Positions 5,682 through 15,997 of a DNA stretch of 36,324 nt are shown here, piece by piece. The translations under genes and the position numbers were made by a program. The DNA comes from Candidatus Woesearchaeota archaeon. GTDB lineage: Archaea > Nanobdellota > Nanobdellia > Pacearchaeales > GW2011-AR1. The number at the start of each line of letters is the position of its first letter. The first letter of the stretch is position 1. The DNA lies in the NCBI GenBank assembly GCA_964514585.1, contig CAZETU010000007.1, forward strand, positions 1 through 36,324, given 5' to 3'. Under the pieces are notes generated by a model. The model ran no database searches and had not been told where the DNA came from. It worked only from the letters and a program-made list of their open reading frames with translations.

Positions 5682-8650
5682 CAGTAATCCTTAAACCTCT
5701 CTTTGTATTTATTTGACAAATCCTTAATATTCAAATCTATAATCTCATCGCCTTTCAGTCCAACCACACTAAAATCATCCTCGGTAATTTGACCAATCTT
5801 AGAAAAACTAACCTCTTTAAAAATTTCCTCAAAAACCCCTTGATTTTCAGGAGCAATCGTTACAACAATCCTAGATTGACTCTCACTAAACAAAGCAAAA
5901 TCATCTCTTTCAATTCCTAAAGAATTCAGTTTGCCTAAATCAATCTTAGCACCCAAATTTCCCGCAATACAAGTTTTTGCCAAAGCAACCCCAAGCCCAC
6001 CATTATTAACAGGTATACTACTAGAAATTATTTGCTTGTCAATCGCACCACTAAGTGCAGAATATAATTTTATTGCTTTTTCAGCATCTACCTTAGGAAC
6101 TTTATTGCCGACATAAGGTTTATTCTCAGCCTTCTCCCCCACGAGTTCAAAATATTCGCTCGCGCCCAATTCATTTTTTGTTTCACCGATTACATAAATC
6201 AAATCTCCAACAAACTTAGCATCAAGAGAAACCAGTTTCCTATAATCCTCAACAACACTTATCGAAGATATGAGTAACGTTGGCGAAACTGAAATTTTCA
6301 AAGGAATATTATTTTCATCATAACCCTTAAAATCATTAAACATACTATCCTTCCCAGAAATAAAAGGAGTCTTATATGCAACAGCATAATCATAACAAGC
6401 TTTAGCTGCAGCCTTCAATTGCCCCAATCTTTCAGGGTCCTCAGAGCTACACCAACAAAAATTATCCATTATAGCGAGCTTATCTAAATTGCCCCCCGCA
6501 GAAACAGTATTCCTAATTGCAGTGTCAATCGCACAAGCAGCCATATCATAAGTATCAATTTTACTATATTTCGAAGTAATACCCTGACTAGTAACTATTG
6601 CCTTCTTGGAATCATATAGCGGTTTTGTTGCAGTCGCATAAGCGTTAACTTCTCCGACCCCCTGCAAAGGTTTCAAAACAGAAGTCGCTTGAACCTCGTG
6701 ATCATATTGTCTAGAGATAAACTCGAAACTCGAAACGTTATGTCTAGTTAGCATTTCTTGCAAAGTTTTTGTCAAATCAAAAGGACATGGGAAATCGGGT
6801 TCCTCATATGTTTGCCTAGTATACGTAGAGACTAACTTTTTCTTTGGCACACCATCATGTAAAAAATCCATATCTATGTCAAGAATTTCTCTCTCATTAT
6901 ATTTTACAATAGCTCTATCCGTATCATTAAATGTCCCAATAGCCGTCGCTTCAACTCCCCTTTTCTCCATGAGGTTTAGAAACTCTTGAAGATTATTTTC
7001 TGGAACAGATAAAGTCATTCTTTCTTGAGATTCACTAATCCATATTTCCCAAGGCTGAATCCCATCATACTTAACTGGAACTTTTTCTAAATCTACAATA
7101 AAGCCCCCGCACTCTTTCGCCATCTCTGCAACAGAACACGAAAGTCCCCCCGCCCCGTTGTCAGTAATGCTATTATATAATTCAAGGTCTCGTGCCTCTT
7201 TTACGACGGCATCACTCAGTTTTTTTTGAGTTATTGGGTCTCCAATCTGAACTGCAGTCGCAGGACTTCCAGAATCCAAAGCCTCCGAAGAAAAAGTCGC
7301 TCCATGTATACCATCTTTTCCAACCCTACCTCCAATTACAACAACAGAATCTCCAGCCTTTGCTTGTTTTTCGTGAGATTGCTTTCCGTTTATAGTTCTC
7401 GGCATCAGACCAATTGTCCCAACAAAAATCAAGGGCTTCCCTCTATAACTATCATCAAAATAAACAAACCCCTGAGGTGTTGGTATACCCGAACAATTTC
7501 CCCCAACCTTTACACCATCAATTACTCCTTCCATTATTCTCTTTGGAGAAAGCGCCGGATTTGTTTTGTCTTTCCCTCTGAATAAAACACTCTTATCTTC
7601 AGGATAACCAAGACAGTAGCCATATCTATTTATTATCGGCATTGCTCCAAGGCCAACCCCAATAGTATCCCTATTCACTCCAACAATTCCAGTAATTGAA
7701 CCTCCAAATGGATCCAACGCCGACGGACTATTGTGAGTCTCCACCTTATCGGTTACCAAATAATTTTCATCAAAAATTATTGCCCCAGAATTATCCTTAA
7801 AAACCGAAACACAAAAATCCCGGTCTCCCATTTCTTTTCTTATCTTGTTTGTAGCATTCTGGACATATTCCTTATAGATACCATTCTTTATTTCATCAAG
7901 CTGATTTGCAAAAATAGTATGCTTACAATGTTCAGACCAAGTTTGAGCAATAGACTCCAGTTCTATATCCGTCGGCATTCTACTCTCTTTCTTAAAATAA
8001 TCTTTAATTGTCCTCATAGATTCTAAGTCAAGCGCTAAAGGACCTCTTTTTGAACCATCTTCATTTTCAATACCCTGTTTACCCAATTTAGTTAGGTCTA
8101 AATCATCAACATCTAATCTAACAGTATCTACCTTAGGCTCTTGAGTTAATTTAACTTTTGGCACAATTCTATCCATTCCCCCGTCGAGCCTATATTGAGA
8201 ACCACTTTTTATATGAATTCTTTGAATTGCCTTATTCGCAAGGTCTTCGGCAATATAGCTTACTTCTTCTTTTGTCAAATCTCCATTCAAGAAAATTATT
8301 TGAGAGGTAAATACAGAAATCTTATCCAATTTAATATTAAGAAGATCCTGAATACATTCTTGTGCAGTATTCGCCACATTGTCAGTTACTCCAGGAAGAA
8401 AACCAATCTCAATAATCCAATCAGCCTCAGTCTTTACCGAAGAGTTAATTTCATGTTTTTGAGTTATTGGATTTGTAAGCATCTTTGCCACCTTCTCCAA
8501 TTCCTCATTAGAAAAATCATAGTCAAGAGTATATGCATGCGCCAACCCTACTTCCTGTAATTTAGAAAACCCCAGGCCCCTTATTCTTTTTTTAATAATT
8601 AATGCCTGAGTGTCAGAAATTTTTGAGGTCACCTCAATTTCACTCACCAT
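5681..8650 (-). CDS. purL: Phosphoribosylformylglycinamidine synthase PurL with an N-terminal PurS-like extension (989 aa from ATG 8650)
   Basis: QTWSEHCKH, KVETHNSPSALDPFGGSITG, GRVGKDGIHGATFSS, DNGAGG, SESQER, SGKDS; TGATG overlap with purQ/M. Confidence 0.95.
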   Translation of the reverse strand: MVSEIEVTSKISDTQALIIKKRIRGLGFSKLQEVGLAHAYTLDYDFSNEELEKVAKMLTNPITQKHEINSSVKTEADWIIEIGFLPGVTDNVANTAQECIQDLLNIKLDKISVFTSQIIFLNGDLTKEEVSYIAEDLANKAIQRIHIKSGSQYRLDGGMDRIVPKVKLTQEPKVDTVRLDVDDLDLTKLGKQGIENEDGSKRGPLALDLESMRTIKDYFKKESRMPTDIELESIAQTWSEHCKHTIFANQLDEIKNGIYKEYVQNATNKIRKEMGDRDFCVSVFKDNSGAIIFDENYLVTDKVETHNSPSALDPFGGSITGIVGVNRDTIGVGLGAMPIINRYGYCLGYPEDKSVLFRGKDKTNPALSPKRIMEGVIDGVKVGGNCSGIPTPQGFVYFDDSYRGKPLIFVGTIGLMPRTINGKQSHEKQAKAGDSVVVIGGRVGKDGIHGATFSSEALDSGSPATAVQIGDPITQKKLSDAVVKEARDLELYNSITDNGAGGLSCSVAEMAKECGGFIVDLEKVPVKYDGIQPWEIWISESQERMTLSVPENNLQEFLNLMEKRGVEATAIGTFNDTDRAIVKYNEREILDIDMDFLHDGVPKKKLVSTYTRQTYEEPDFPCPFDLTKTLQEMLTRHNVSSFEFISRQYDHEVQATSVLKPLQGVGEVNAYATATKPLYDSKKAIVTSQGITSKYSKIDTYDMAACAIDTAIRNTVSAGGNLDKLAIMDNFCWCSSEDPERLGQLKAAAKACYDYAVAYKTPFISGKDSMFNDFKGYDENNIPLKISVSPTLLISSISVVEDYRKLVSLDAKFVGDLIYVIGETKNELGASEYFELVGEKAENKPYVGNKVPKVDAEKAIKLYSALSGAIDKQIISSSIPVNNGGLGVALAKTCIAGNLGAKIDLGKLNSLGIERDDFALFSESQSRIVVTIAPENQGVFEEIFKEVSFSKIGQITEDDFSVVGLKGDEIIDLNIKDLSNKYKERFKDY

Positions 8651-8717
8651 AAAATAAAATAGGATAATTTCTTTAAAAGTATTTATGTGATTTATAATGT
8701 ATTTTAGAGAAGTGCGT

Positions 8718-10841
8718 TCAAATAACCCCAAACTCATCAACAATATCTAAAATCTTCTTGCCATAACTAACCAACTTACTAGGCCCAATCCCATTAATCT
8801 TCATCAAAGCATCCCCACTCTTCGGCAACTTCGACGCAATCTCATTAATAGTCTTATCCGTCAAAATCGTATAAGCAGGGAGTCCTTTCTCTAAACTAAC
8901 CGCCGACCTCCAACTCTTCAACTCCCCCAAAACATCCTGATCAACATCCACAACAACTTCATCCTCAACAACAGCCTCTTTCTTTTTCACAACCCTCAAG
9001 CCAGCAACTTCATTCATCTCATCATTAATAAAATAAGTCGGTTTCTTTCCCGAATACGTAACAAAAAGTTTCTCTTTCGCTCGACTAATCGCCACATAAA
9101 ACAACCGCCGCTCTTCCTCCTCGCGATCATAGTTATCAATTTTAACCATTTCAATCGCCGGATGGTCGCTTGCCTTACACGGAAAATTCTGCTCATTTGA
9201 CCCAATCACAAAAACCAACTTCGCCTCAAGTCCCTTAATCGCATGAACCGTAGCAAGCGTCACATCTCCAGCAACAGCATTCTTCGGATTCCGAACTTCA
9301 TCAGTCCTAACAACATGATTAACTCCCCTGTTTTTCAAAATCTGCGATAATTCCATCAACTGCCGATTCGTCCTAGCCAAAACAAAAATCTCATCACGAG
9401 AAATTTCCGACTCCAAAATCTTCTTAACAACAAAAGCCCGCTCCAACTCCTCCGAATCAAAATCCAAAATCTTGATGCTAGCTTCAGTATCATGATGATG
9501 TTCCAAATCCGGCAGTCCCATCTCCGAAATCGAATGATTCATAAACCGCACAATATCCTTAGCACTCCGATAATTCTTCGTCAAGTGAACAACCTCAGCC
9601 TCGCCCCAATCTTTCTCAAAATTCAAAATATAATTTATATCAGAACCCCTCCATCCAAAAATCGACTGTCGCGGATCCCCAACAGCAAAAATACTTTTCG
9701 GTTTCAATATATCAAGCAAATCAATCTGCATCGCATTCACATCCTGATATTCGTCAACCAAAACATGTTCAAAAACAGGAACGTCCACCGGACTCCCTTT
9801 CAAAAATTTAACAGCATCAATTACCTGATCAGTAAAATCCCTCAGCCCCTGCATCTCCATATGACTCTTCAAATATTGAATAATCTGATAAATCCTATGA
9901 GCATTGTGCCGATTCTTAGCATCAGCGTCCTTAGAAAAATCATACTCCTTCTCGCCAGTCACCTTAAAATAATCCATCACAGAAAAACAATCATTCATAA
10001 AAGAATTCGCCAATTGATTGCCAGTCTTAAACTTCCGTTGCTGCGGAGTAAAATAACCCTGCAAAGCCGCATCCATGTCAATTCCCAAATTCGCAAGCGC
10101 CATATTCATCGCCAAAATCTTATCCCCATAAGCCTGCACCCGAATCGGTCGACCATAAATTATGTTACCATGTTTCCTCAAAATACTCTCACAAAACGAA
10201 TTAAAAGTATGAACCAAAACCCCATCAATACCCAACTCATAAAGCCGCTTCTCCATTTCTTGTCTAGCCTTCCGAGTAAAAGTAATCGCCAAAATTTTAT
10301 TAGCAGGAACTCCCCGATACTTCACCAAAAACTCAATTCTCTTCGTCAAAACAGTCGTCTTCCCAGAACCAGCCCCAGCAACACAAAGAATCTTGTCAGC
10401 CTCACTAATTATCGCCTTCTTCTGCTCGTCATTAAACTTCCCCAAGAAACTATCTAATGCCCCAAACTTAACTCTATCCTCATCGGTAACCTCACTAACT
10501 TTCATCTCAACTTTATTCTTCAACTTCTTCTGATTCATGGTCGGATTAGTAATTTCATTCCGCCCCTTAATCGTCAACTTCAAAACTTTCACAAACTGAT
10601 TATAATCACTAGTCCCAAGCTCAATCATCCCATTCGCAATCAATCGATCAATCTCCCTAGACATCTTATCCCTATCCCAATGCAAAGTATCAAAATTATA
10701 CAACTCGTCCAACTTATTCTTAATAACCGACTTATTCTTATAATTCCCATTCAAAAAATCAGTCAACAAACCCTTCCCAACCTGAAACGGCAACTCCATC
10801 AATGCTTTCAATATATTCAAATATTCCAAATCCTCTTCCAT
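8718..10841 (-). CDS. SF1 UvrD/Rep-family helicase with N-terminal RQC-like winged helix and C-terminal HRDC domain
   Basis: AGAGSGKT, DEYQD, GDPRQSIFGWRG, NYRS, TVHAIKGLE, EERRLFYVAISRAKE; HRDC-like LKSWR…PAYTILTDKTINEIA…INGIGPSK. Confidence 0.88.
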   Translation of the reverse strand: MEEDLEYLNILKALMELPFQVGKGLLTDFLNGNYKNKSVIKNKLDELYNFDTLHWDRDKMSREIDRLIANGMIELGTSDYNQFVKVLKLTIKGRNEITNPTMNQKKLKNKVEMKVSEVTDEDRVKFGALDSFLGKFNDEQKKAIISEADKILCVAGAGSGKTTVLTKRIEFLVKYRGVPANKILAITFTRKARQEMEKRLYELGIDGVLVHTFNSFCESILRKHGNIIYGRPIRVQAYGDKILAMNMALANLGIDMDAALQGYFTPQQRKFKTGNQLANSFMNDCFSVMDYFKVTGEKEYDFSKDADAKNRHNAHRIYQIIQYLKSHMEMQGLRDFTDQVIDAVKFLKGSPVDVPVFEHVLVDEYQDVNAMQIDLLDILKPKSIFAVGDPRQSIFGWRGSDINYILNFEKDWGEAEVVHLTKNYRSAKDIVRFMNHSISEMGLPDLEHHHDTEASIKILDFDSEELERAFVVKKILESEISRDEIFVLARTNRQLMELSQILKNRGVNHVVRTDEVRNPKNAVAGDVTLATVHAIKGLEAKLVFVIGSNEQNFPCKASDHPAIEMVKIDNYDREEEERRLFYVAISRAKEKLFVTYSGKKPTYFINDEMNEVAGLRVVKKKEAVVEDEVVVDVDQDVLGELKSWRSAVSLEKGLPAYTILTDKTINEIASKLPKSGDALMKINGIGPSKLVSYGKKILDIVDEFGVI

Positions 10842-10880
10842 TAAAAAAATACCAAGAATAGCCTTTTAAATTTTTATGAA

Positions 10881-11816
10881 CTATTCAACCATCATTCTAA
10901 CAGCATTATTTTCCTTATTCAACTCTCTCACGGTATTCTTGACATCAATAATAAAATCAATAACCTCTACATTTCTCGAAGGCAACTTAATATTTTCAGC
11001 CTTGATAACTCTTCCAAACCCAACATCAATTTTACCCAAAGAAAAACTCTGAATCTCTTCGCCCTCAACAACAACAAACAACTCCATATTACCCAAGCCA
11101 ATCAACCCCTCATTCAAAACAGTAATATTAAAATCTAAATACTTGCCCTTCTTAACCGCACTAATCTCACCGACAACAGCATCAGGCAAAGGCTCAACAG
11201 AATAAAGTTCATTAACCAAGTCAATTATATCTTGAGTTATCCTCTGATCGCAAGACGAAACATTATACATTATACTCCGTGGATTCACAGAATGGTCAAA
11301 CCCAAAAACATGAAACAATTCATGCAACTCAACAAGCGGGAAAGTACACTGCGTATCTCTATAAAGCAAAACCTTCCCCTCTTCAATTATCTTAAAATTA
11401 CTAGTATTGATAACCCTCGAAGGACCACCCTCGCCAGCAGCAAAATAGTCCCCAGATAACTCCACCTCTTCATCAGAACACTCAATATAAATATCTGCAG
11501 TTCCCCCAACTTCATAAAAAGAAATTATCGGCATTTTTTCTTGAAAGAGAACAAAAGCTTCAATCATGGAATTCCTTCGAGCTTTACTACAAGAAGATCC
11601 AATCGAAAAGGAAATATCGTTATGATTAAAACGCATATTATCTGCAAAAACAGGCGTCGCACTATATTTTATAATAGGATTAAAATTATCCTGAGGATTA
11701 TCATAAATCAAACTCACAGGTTCCGCCGGCAAATTCTGATACGAAACAAAAAGCGCCACAAACATAAGTACTATCGCAAACATCACCAATATTATTTTCC
11801 CAATCATAATAGACAA
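10881..11816 (-). CDS. Secreted or membrane-anchored matrixin-like (metzincin) metallopeptidase with a C-terminal CARDB-like domain
   Basis: HELFHVFGFDH zinc motif, Met-turn SIMY, N-terminal hydrophobic helix, C-terminal …ELNKENN. Confidence 0.75.
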   Translation of the reverse strand: MSIMIGKIILVMFAIVLMFVALFVSYQNLPAEPVSLIYDNPQDNFNPIIKYSATPVFADNMRFNHNDISFSIGSSCSKARRNSMIEAFVLFQEKMPIISFYEVGGTADIYIECSDEEVELSGDYFAAGEGGPSRVINTSNFKIIEEGKVLLYRDTQCTFPLVELHELFHVFGFDHSVNPRSIMYNVSSCDQRITQDIIDLVNELYSVEPLPDAVVGEISAVKKGKYLDFNITVLNEGLIGLGNMELFVVVEGEEIQSFSLGKIDVGFGRVIKAENIKLPSRNVEVIDFIIDVKNTVRELNKENNAVRMMVE

Positions 11817-11827
11817 ACAAGAATACC

Positions 11828-12673
11828 CTATTTATTTGTTACCATAATATCTTCAACGTCCTCAACAGTTTTCACCCCAATCAATTTCTCCCGTAATCTC
11901 TTCGCCCCATTTATCCCCTTAGTAAAATTCATCGCCTGAAACTTAATCTGCCTAAAAAACAAACCAAACTTCTTCGCCAATTTAAAATAATTTCCAAAGC
12001 CAACATCACATTTCTTTCCAGTTAATTTAGAAAAAATCCCAGGATTACCAATCGCAGCCCGACCAACAAACACAAAATCAAAGTCCTTCAAAATCTTCTC
12101 GGCATTATCCAAATCAACATCCCCAGAATATATCACAGGAATCTTTACAGCTTTCTTAATTTTCAAAGCAAAATCATAATCAGCCTCACCAGAATACCCT
12201 TGTGCAAAAGTCCTAGGATGAATCCCAATCGCATCGACATACTTCTCAGCCAACTTAGCAATCTTCAAAGCATTCCCCGACTTCCTAAGTTTAATCGTCA
12301 CAGGCTTCTTAGTAGCCCTCCGCATCGCCTTCAAAATCTTCTCAATACTTTCCAAATCATCATGCATAAAAGCCCCATGCTCCAATCTCCTAGACAACTT
12401 AGACGGACATCCAAGATTAAAATCCCAAAGCGAAACCCTAGAATCATTCTTCTTAATAAAACTCACAATTCCCTTCTCGCTATTCCCAAAAAGTTGCAAC
12501 CCAGGTTTGTCATCCAAATAAAGCCTCTGCTTAGACAACGGACTAATCATCCCAGTATACGTCAACCCACATCCAGCCTTCTTACACAACAACCTAAACG
12601 CAACATCATTCGGCTCAAGCATCGGCGCCAACAAAATCCGATTCTCTAACTTCAAATTACCTATCTTAACCAT
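11828..12673 (-). CDS. dus: tRNA-dihydrouridine synthase (Dus family)
   Basis: LLAPM, NLGCP, IHPRT, SGDV, GRAAIGNP. Confidence 0.9.
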   Translation of the reverse strand: MVKIGNLKLENRILLAPMLEPNDVAFRLLCKKAGCGLTYTGMISPLSKQRLYLDDKPGLQLFGNSEKGIVSFIKKNDSRVSLWDFNLGCPSKLSRRLEHGAFMHDDLESIEKILKAMRRATKKPVTIKLRKSGNALKIAKLAEKYVDAIGIHPRTFAQGYSGEADYDFALKIKKAVKIPVIYSGDVDLDNAEKILKDFDFVFVGRAAIGNPGIFSKLTGKKCDVGFGNYFKLAKKFGLFFRQIKFQAMNFTKGINGAKRLREKLIGVKTVEDVEDIMVTNK

Positions 12674-12723
12674 TCCTCATAACAAGTAGTAACGTTTAAA
12701 TATACTTTTCTCTTGACAAAAAT

Positions 12724-13446
12724 ATGAAAAAGATAATGGCAAGCATGGTTTTAGGACTATTTCTAATTAGCTTAGTCGCTGCTGCAGTAAACTACACAGA
12801 TACGCAACTAGACGAAATCAAGTCACAATTTCAAACAAATGCAGAGCAACAAGCAGAACTAACGAGGAAATTAACTAATGCAACGACAGAAGAAAGAATG
12901 CAATTATTGGCCGAAATCAAAGGAATTAGAGAAGATCGCCAAGAGATAAGGACAGAAGTTAAACAAAACATAAGAGCAAGAATCGAAGAGGGCAAAGAAT
13001 TAATTCTCGAAGAAAAGAAACTAAGGGTCAGAATGATTAATGGAAAAGCACTAGAATTAACAACAGAAACAGGGAAAAAAATCAGAACGGAATTCAACCT
13101 AACTGATGACGACGCAAACGCAAGCAGACTAAAAGTTCAATTAAGCAACGGAAGAAATGCTCTAATAAAAATCATGCCAGAAACAGCTTCGCTAAGAGCA
13201 CTAGAAAGATTAAGATTAAAGAATTGTAACGAAGAAAGAAATTGTACAATTGAGTTAAAAGAAGTCGGGAATGGAAGTGCAACCCGAGCAATTTACGAAG
13301 CAAAAGCCCAAAAGCAATTCAGAATATTCGGACTATTCAAAAACAAAGAAATGGTCACAACTCAAATTGATGCAGAAACAGGCGAAGAAATTATGACAAA
13401 AAGACCATGGTGGGCATGGATGGCTTCCGAAGAAGAAGAACTCTAA
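12724..13446 (+). CDS. Secreted hypothetical protein with a coiled-coil and a PepSY-like C-terminus (…QIDAETGEEI…KRPWW)
   Basis: Signal peptide; native codon bias; TATA at 12695. Confidence 0.7.
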   Translation: MKKIMASMVLGLFLISLVAAAVNYTDTQLDEIKSQFQTNAEQQAELTRKLTNATTEERMQLLAEIKGIREDRQEIRTEVKQNIRARIEEGKELILEEKKLRVRMINGKALELTTETGKKIRTEFNLTDDDANASRLKVQLSNGRNALIKIMPETASLRALERLRLKNCNEERNCTIELKEVGNGSATRAIYEAKAQKQFRIFGLFKNKEMVTTQIDAETGEEIMTKRPWWAWMASEEEEL

Positions 13447-13462
13447 AAATAATTTTATTTTT

Positions 13463-14128
13463 TTAAACCGAATACTCAAACACTTTATCATACGGAATAA
13501 ACCAATTCACGACACTTTTTTTCGGCGCCCTTTCCATAATCTTTCTAAATAATCGAATTGAATTCCCATGCGCCGAAATCGCAACATTAACCTTCTTCTT
13601 TCTCATAAACTTCTTCAAATCTTTAATAAACCGCTTCACTCTTTTCTCAACATCTCTAAATGATTCTCCACCAGGCGCAGCAATCTTATATCCTCGATGA
13701 ATCGCCTTATACTCCTCAGTCCCCAAAAACAACTCAACCTTATCTCTATGCTTCGGTTCAAGATTCTCAATAGCATCCCCATGAACCCTCAAATCATAAC
13801 TCTGCTCACCAATCCTATCAATAAACTGATCATGCGTCGTCCCCTGCAAATCCCCATAACTCCTCTCAATCATCCGATCATCCTCCAAAATAACTTTACA
13901 CTCAGGATGAAATTTTAAAACAGGCCTCAAGGTATCTTTACTCCTAGACAACCGAGTATGAATTGCCACCCCAAACTTCTTATTCTTCAACTCTCGAGCA
14001 ATCTTCTCAGCATGCTTCCTGCCTGTCAATGTCAACTTAGCCTCAGATTGCCCCGTAAACCGACCATCCCGATTAAACGTCGTCTGCCCATGTCTAAACA
14101 AATAAATCTTATGCTTCTCCCTCTTCAT
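13463..14128 (-). CDS. Histidine phosphatase / dPGM-like protein
   Basis: RHG motif, ERSYGDLQG, GGES, SAHGNSIR. Confidence 0.88.
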   Translation of the reverse strand: MKREKHKIYLFRHGQTTFNRDGRFTGQSEAKLTLTGRKHAEKIARELKNKKFGVAIHTRLSRSKDTLRPVLKFHPECKVILEDDRMIERSYGDLQGTTHDQFIDRIGEQSYDLRVHGDAIENLEPKHRDKVELFLGTEEYKAIHRGYKIAAPGGESFRDVEKRVKRFIKDLKKFMRKKKVNVAISAHGNSIRLFRKIMERAPKKSVVNWFIPYDKVFEYSV

Positions 14129-14188
14129 AACCAACAAACACCACTCCACTATAAAAACATTTTTATAAGCAAAGAACTTTAATCACAC

Positions 14189-14497
14189 ATGGTGATAGAA
14201 CTAATCATAGTAGCAATCTTCCTTATAATCGGATTATCATTTCTAAAGTTCGACCACCACGCCAGAAAAGTCAAAATCGTAGCAATAGTAATCATCGGTT
14301 TCCTAATTTACTTCTCAATCATAGGAATATTCTCCTCGGAAAAAGTCGACCTATCAAACCCAAGAGGAGTCGTAAGCGCAGTTTACATCTACTTCGGTTG
14401 GATTGGACAAACCGCCAGTAATCTATGGGACGTCGGTACAGAAACAGTTCACATGGTCGGCAACGCAATAAAGGTTAACAACACCGATGATAGATAA
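14189..14497 (+). CDS. Small membrane hypothetical protein
   Basis: Two to three hydrophobic helices, native codon bias. Confidence 0.7.
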   Translation: MVIELIIVAIFLIIGLSFLKFDHHARKVKIVAIVIIGFLIYFSIIGIFSSEKVDLSNPRGVVSAVYIYFGWIGQTASNLWDVGTETVHMVGNAIKVNNTDDR

Positions 14498-14545
14498 AAA
14501 GAAAGAAGTAGATAGATATATAAGATAGTAATTTTAAATTAATTT

Positions 14546-15217
14546 ATGCGAAAGCTTGTTATATTTGATCTAGATGATTGCTTGATTGATACCTGGGGAG
14601 CCTCTTTTCCAATTACGATTAAGGAGGCAATTAAGGCTATGGTAGACAAGGGGCTACGGGTAGATTCTATTGATGCCGCAGTTAATAGACTTACCGAAAT
14701 TAATAATAATTCACCAAATTGCCCAGCAGCAATAACAGAGTATTTAACTGAAATTGGCGCCGAACCTTCTGAGTACATGGAAATTGGAAAAAGAGCCATT
14801 TACGATTTTGATTTTGATGATAGAATTAAGCCACTTCCCGGAGCTCTAGAAATGTTGACAAAACTAGAATCTTTTGGGGTCGATCTTGCAATTGTAACCA
14901 AAGGAGGAGAAGATAGGCAAATGAAAAAAATGCAGATTGCAGGATTAGATAAAGAAAGATTTAAAAAAATCTGTGCAGTTACCGATTATGACAAAACAGA
15001 ACCCTATAAACAGACACTAGAAGAATTAGGCTACTCCGCAGAGGAAACATTAATTGTTGGGGATAGATACAAAACCGACTTAATTCCTGGAAAAAATTTA
15101 GGGACCAAAGTTGCCTGGATTAAATGGGGAAGAGGGAAAATTAATCCACCAAGGGAAAATGAAGTAGATTATATTATCGAGAGCTTAGGAGAAATTATAG
15201 ATATCATCAATAATTAA
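14546..15217 (+). CDS. HAD-superfamily hydrolase
   Basis: Motif I DLDDCLIDT, motif IV GDRYKTD; atypical T-ending codons for a + strand gene here. Confidence 0.88.
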   Translation: MRKLVIFDLDDCLIDTWGASFPITIKEAIKAMVDKGLRVDSIDAAVNRLTEINNNSPNCPAAITEYLTEIGAEPSEYMEIGKRAIYDFDFDDRIKPLPGALEMLTKLESFGVDLAIVTKGGEDRQMKKMQIAGLDKERFKKICAVTDYDKTEPYKQTLEELGYSAEETLIVGDRYKTDLIPGKNLGTKVAWIKWGRGKINPPRENEVDYIIESLGEIIDIINN

Positions 15218-15238
15218 AACTAAAATACAGTTTTATCC

Positions 15239-15334
15239 AAGCCTGACACGGGGACTCAAACCCCGAGTGCTTAGGTCTTCACAATTCATCGCATCCGAAG
15301 ACCTGGGCGCGAGTTAGGCCTCCGCATTACCAAT
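15239..15334 (-). repeat. Degenerate copy of the 3' part of tRNA-Thr (att-like scar) with a ~51-nt hairpin insertion
   Basis: 15239-15263 matches 15997-16020 (24/25, one indel); 15319-15334 matches the anticodon-arm region 16025-16040 (14/16). Confidence 0.75.
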
Positions 15335-15417
15335 ATGGTATTCTGATAAATTTTTTATAACCACTTTTAAATAATAACAACCCAAAAATTTATAAACTAT
15401 TTATTTGTCTATTAAAA

Positions 15418-15975
15418 ATGGATAGAAATAGGATTGACCCTACAAATTTTCGAACTAATAAAAGATTTCTAAAAGAATTAGAAGGAACCCTCAGCAGTAT
15501 TGGACTTTTTAGAAAAATTGCACATGGCGACACAATTTGGAGACCAGAGGTTGAAGATGCCCTTTCGAGTGTAGGATACTCGACACAAAAACCTTTTTCA
15601 GGTAAGAAATTTTACTTAGAAGATGTGGGGAAGTTTGAAAATGCTGAATGGAGATATGCAAGAAATCCAAATGGAGGATTTGGGACACCCTTATGGTTTA
15701 AAGAGGGTCCTGGATATTTTAAACTTTTAAGTCGTTCTTCATGGGGAAAAGAAGGATTTTGTATTTTTGAAACAGAAGATTATCAACATAAACAAATGTG
15801 GCCCGAAGGACAGGCAATTATTGAAACAATGCACCAAAGAGAAGCCGGAGAACTTCTTGAAAAAGGATATTCATTAGTCAGTACAAGACTAGCAGAGGTG
15901 CCAAACGAGGATGGAGATAGGGATTTGGGACATTCTTCTAACGAAAGACAGTTATTTCTATTACAAAAAAAATAA
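15418..15975 (+). CDS. Orphan hypothetical protein inside the tRNA-Thr islet
   Basis: 185-aa ORF with TTTATAAA 29 nt upstream; atypical codon usage. Confidence 0.7.
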   Translation: MDRNRIDPTNFRTNKRFLKELEGTLSSIGLFRKIAHGDTIWRPEVEDALSSVGYSTQKPFSGKKFYLEDVGKFENAEWRYARNPNGGFGTPLWFKEGPGYFKLLSRSSWGKEGFCIFETEDYQHKQMWPEGQAIIETMHQREAGELLEKGYSLVSTRLAEVPNEDGDRDLGHSSNERQLFLLQKK

Positions 15976-15997
15976 TTAAATTTATGTATTGCCATTA

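Noticed and set aside
8651-8743. Longer purL start given by the ORF track
   Set aside because: It overlaps the helicase stop and covers an AT-rich promoter; ATG 8650 has a TATA-like box at the usual distance.
9492-10457. Long antisense ORFs (also 4191-4742, 17276-17698, 19276-20055, 24232-24789, 29805-30338 and others)
   Set aside because: Shadow frames of real minus-strand genes, favoured by the biased codon usage; they have Ile/Asn/His/Gln-rich composition with no motifs.
15239-15345. Functional intron-containing, split or permuted tRNA
   Set aside because: No matching 5' acceptor strand or D-arm at the right distance, no convincing bulge-helix-bulge, and an intact tRNA-Thr(GGT) lies 660 bp away. 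An att scar is the simpler explanation.
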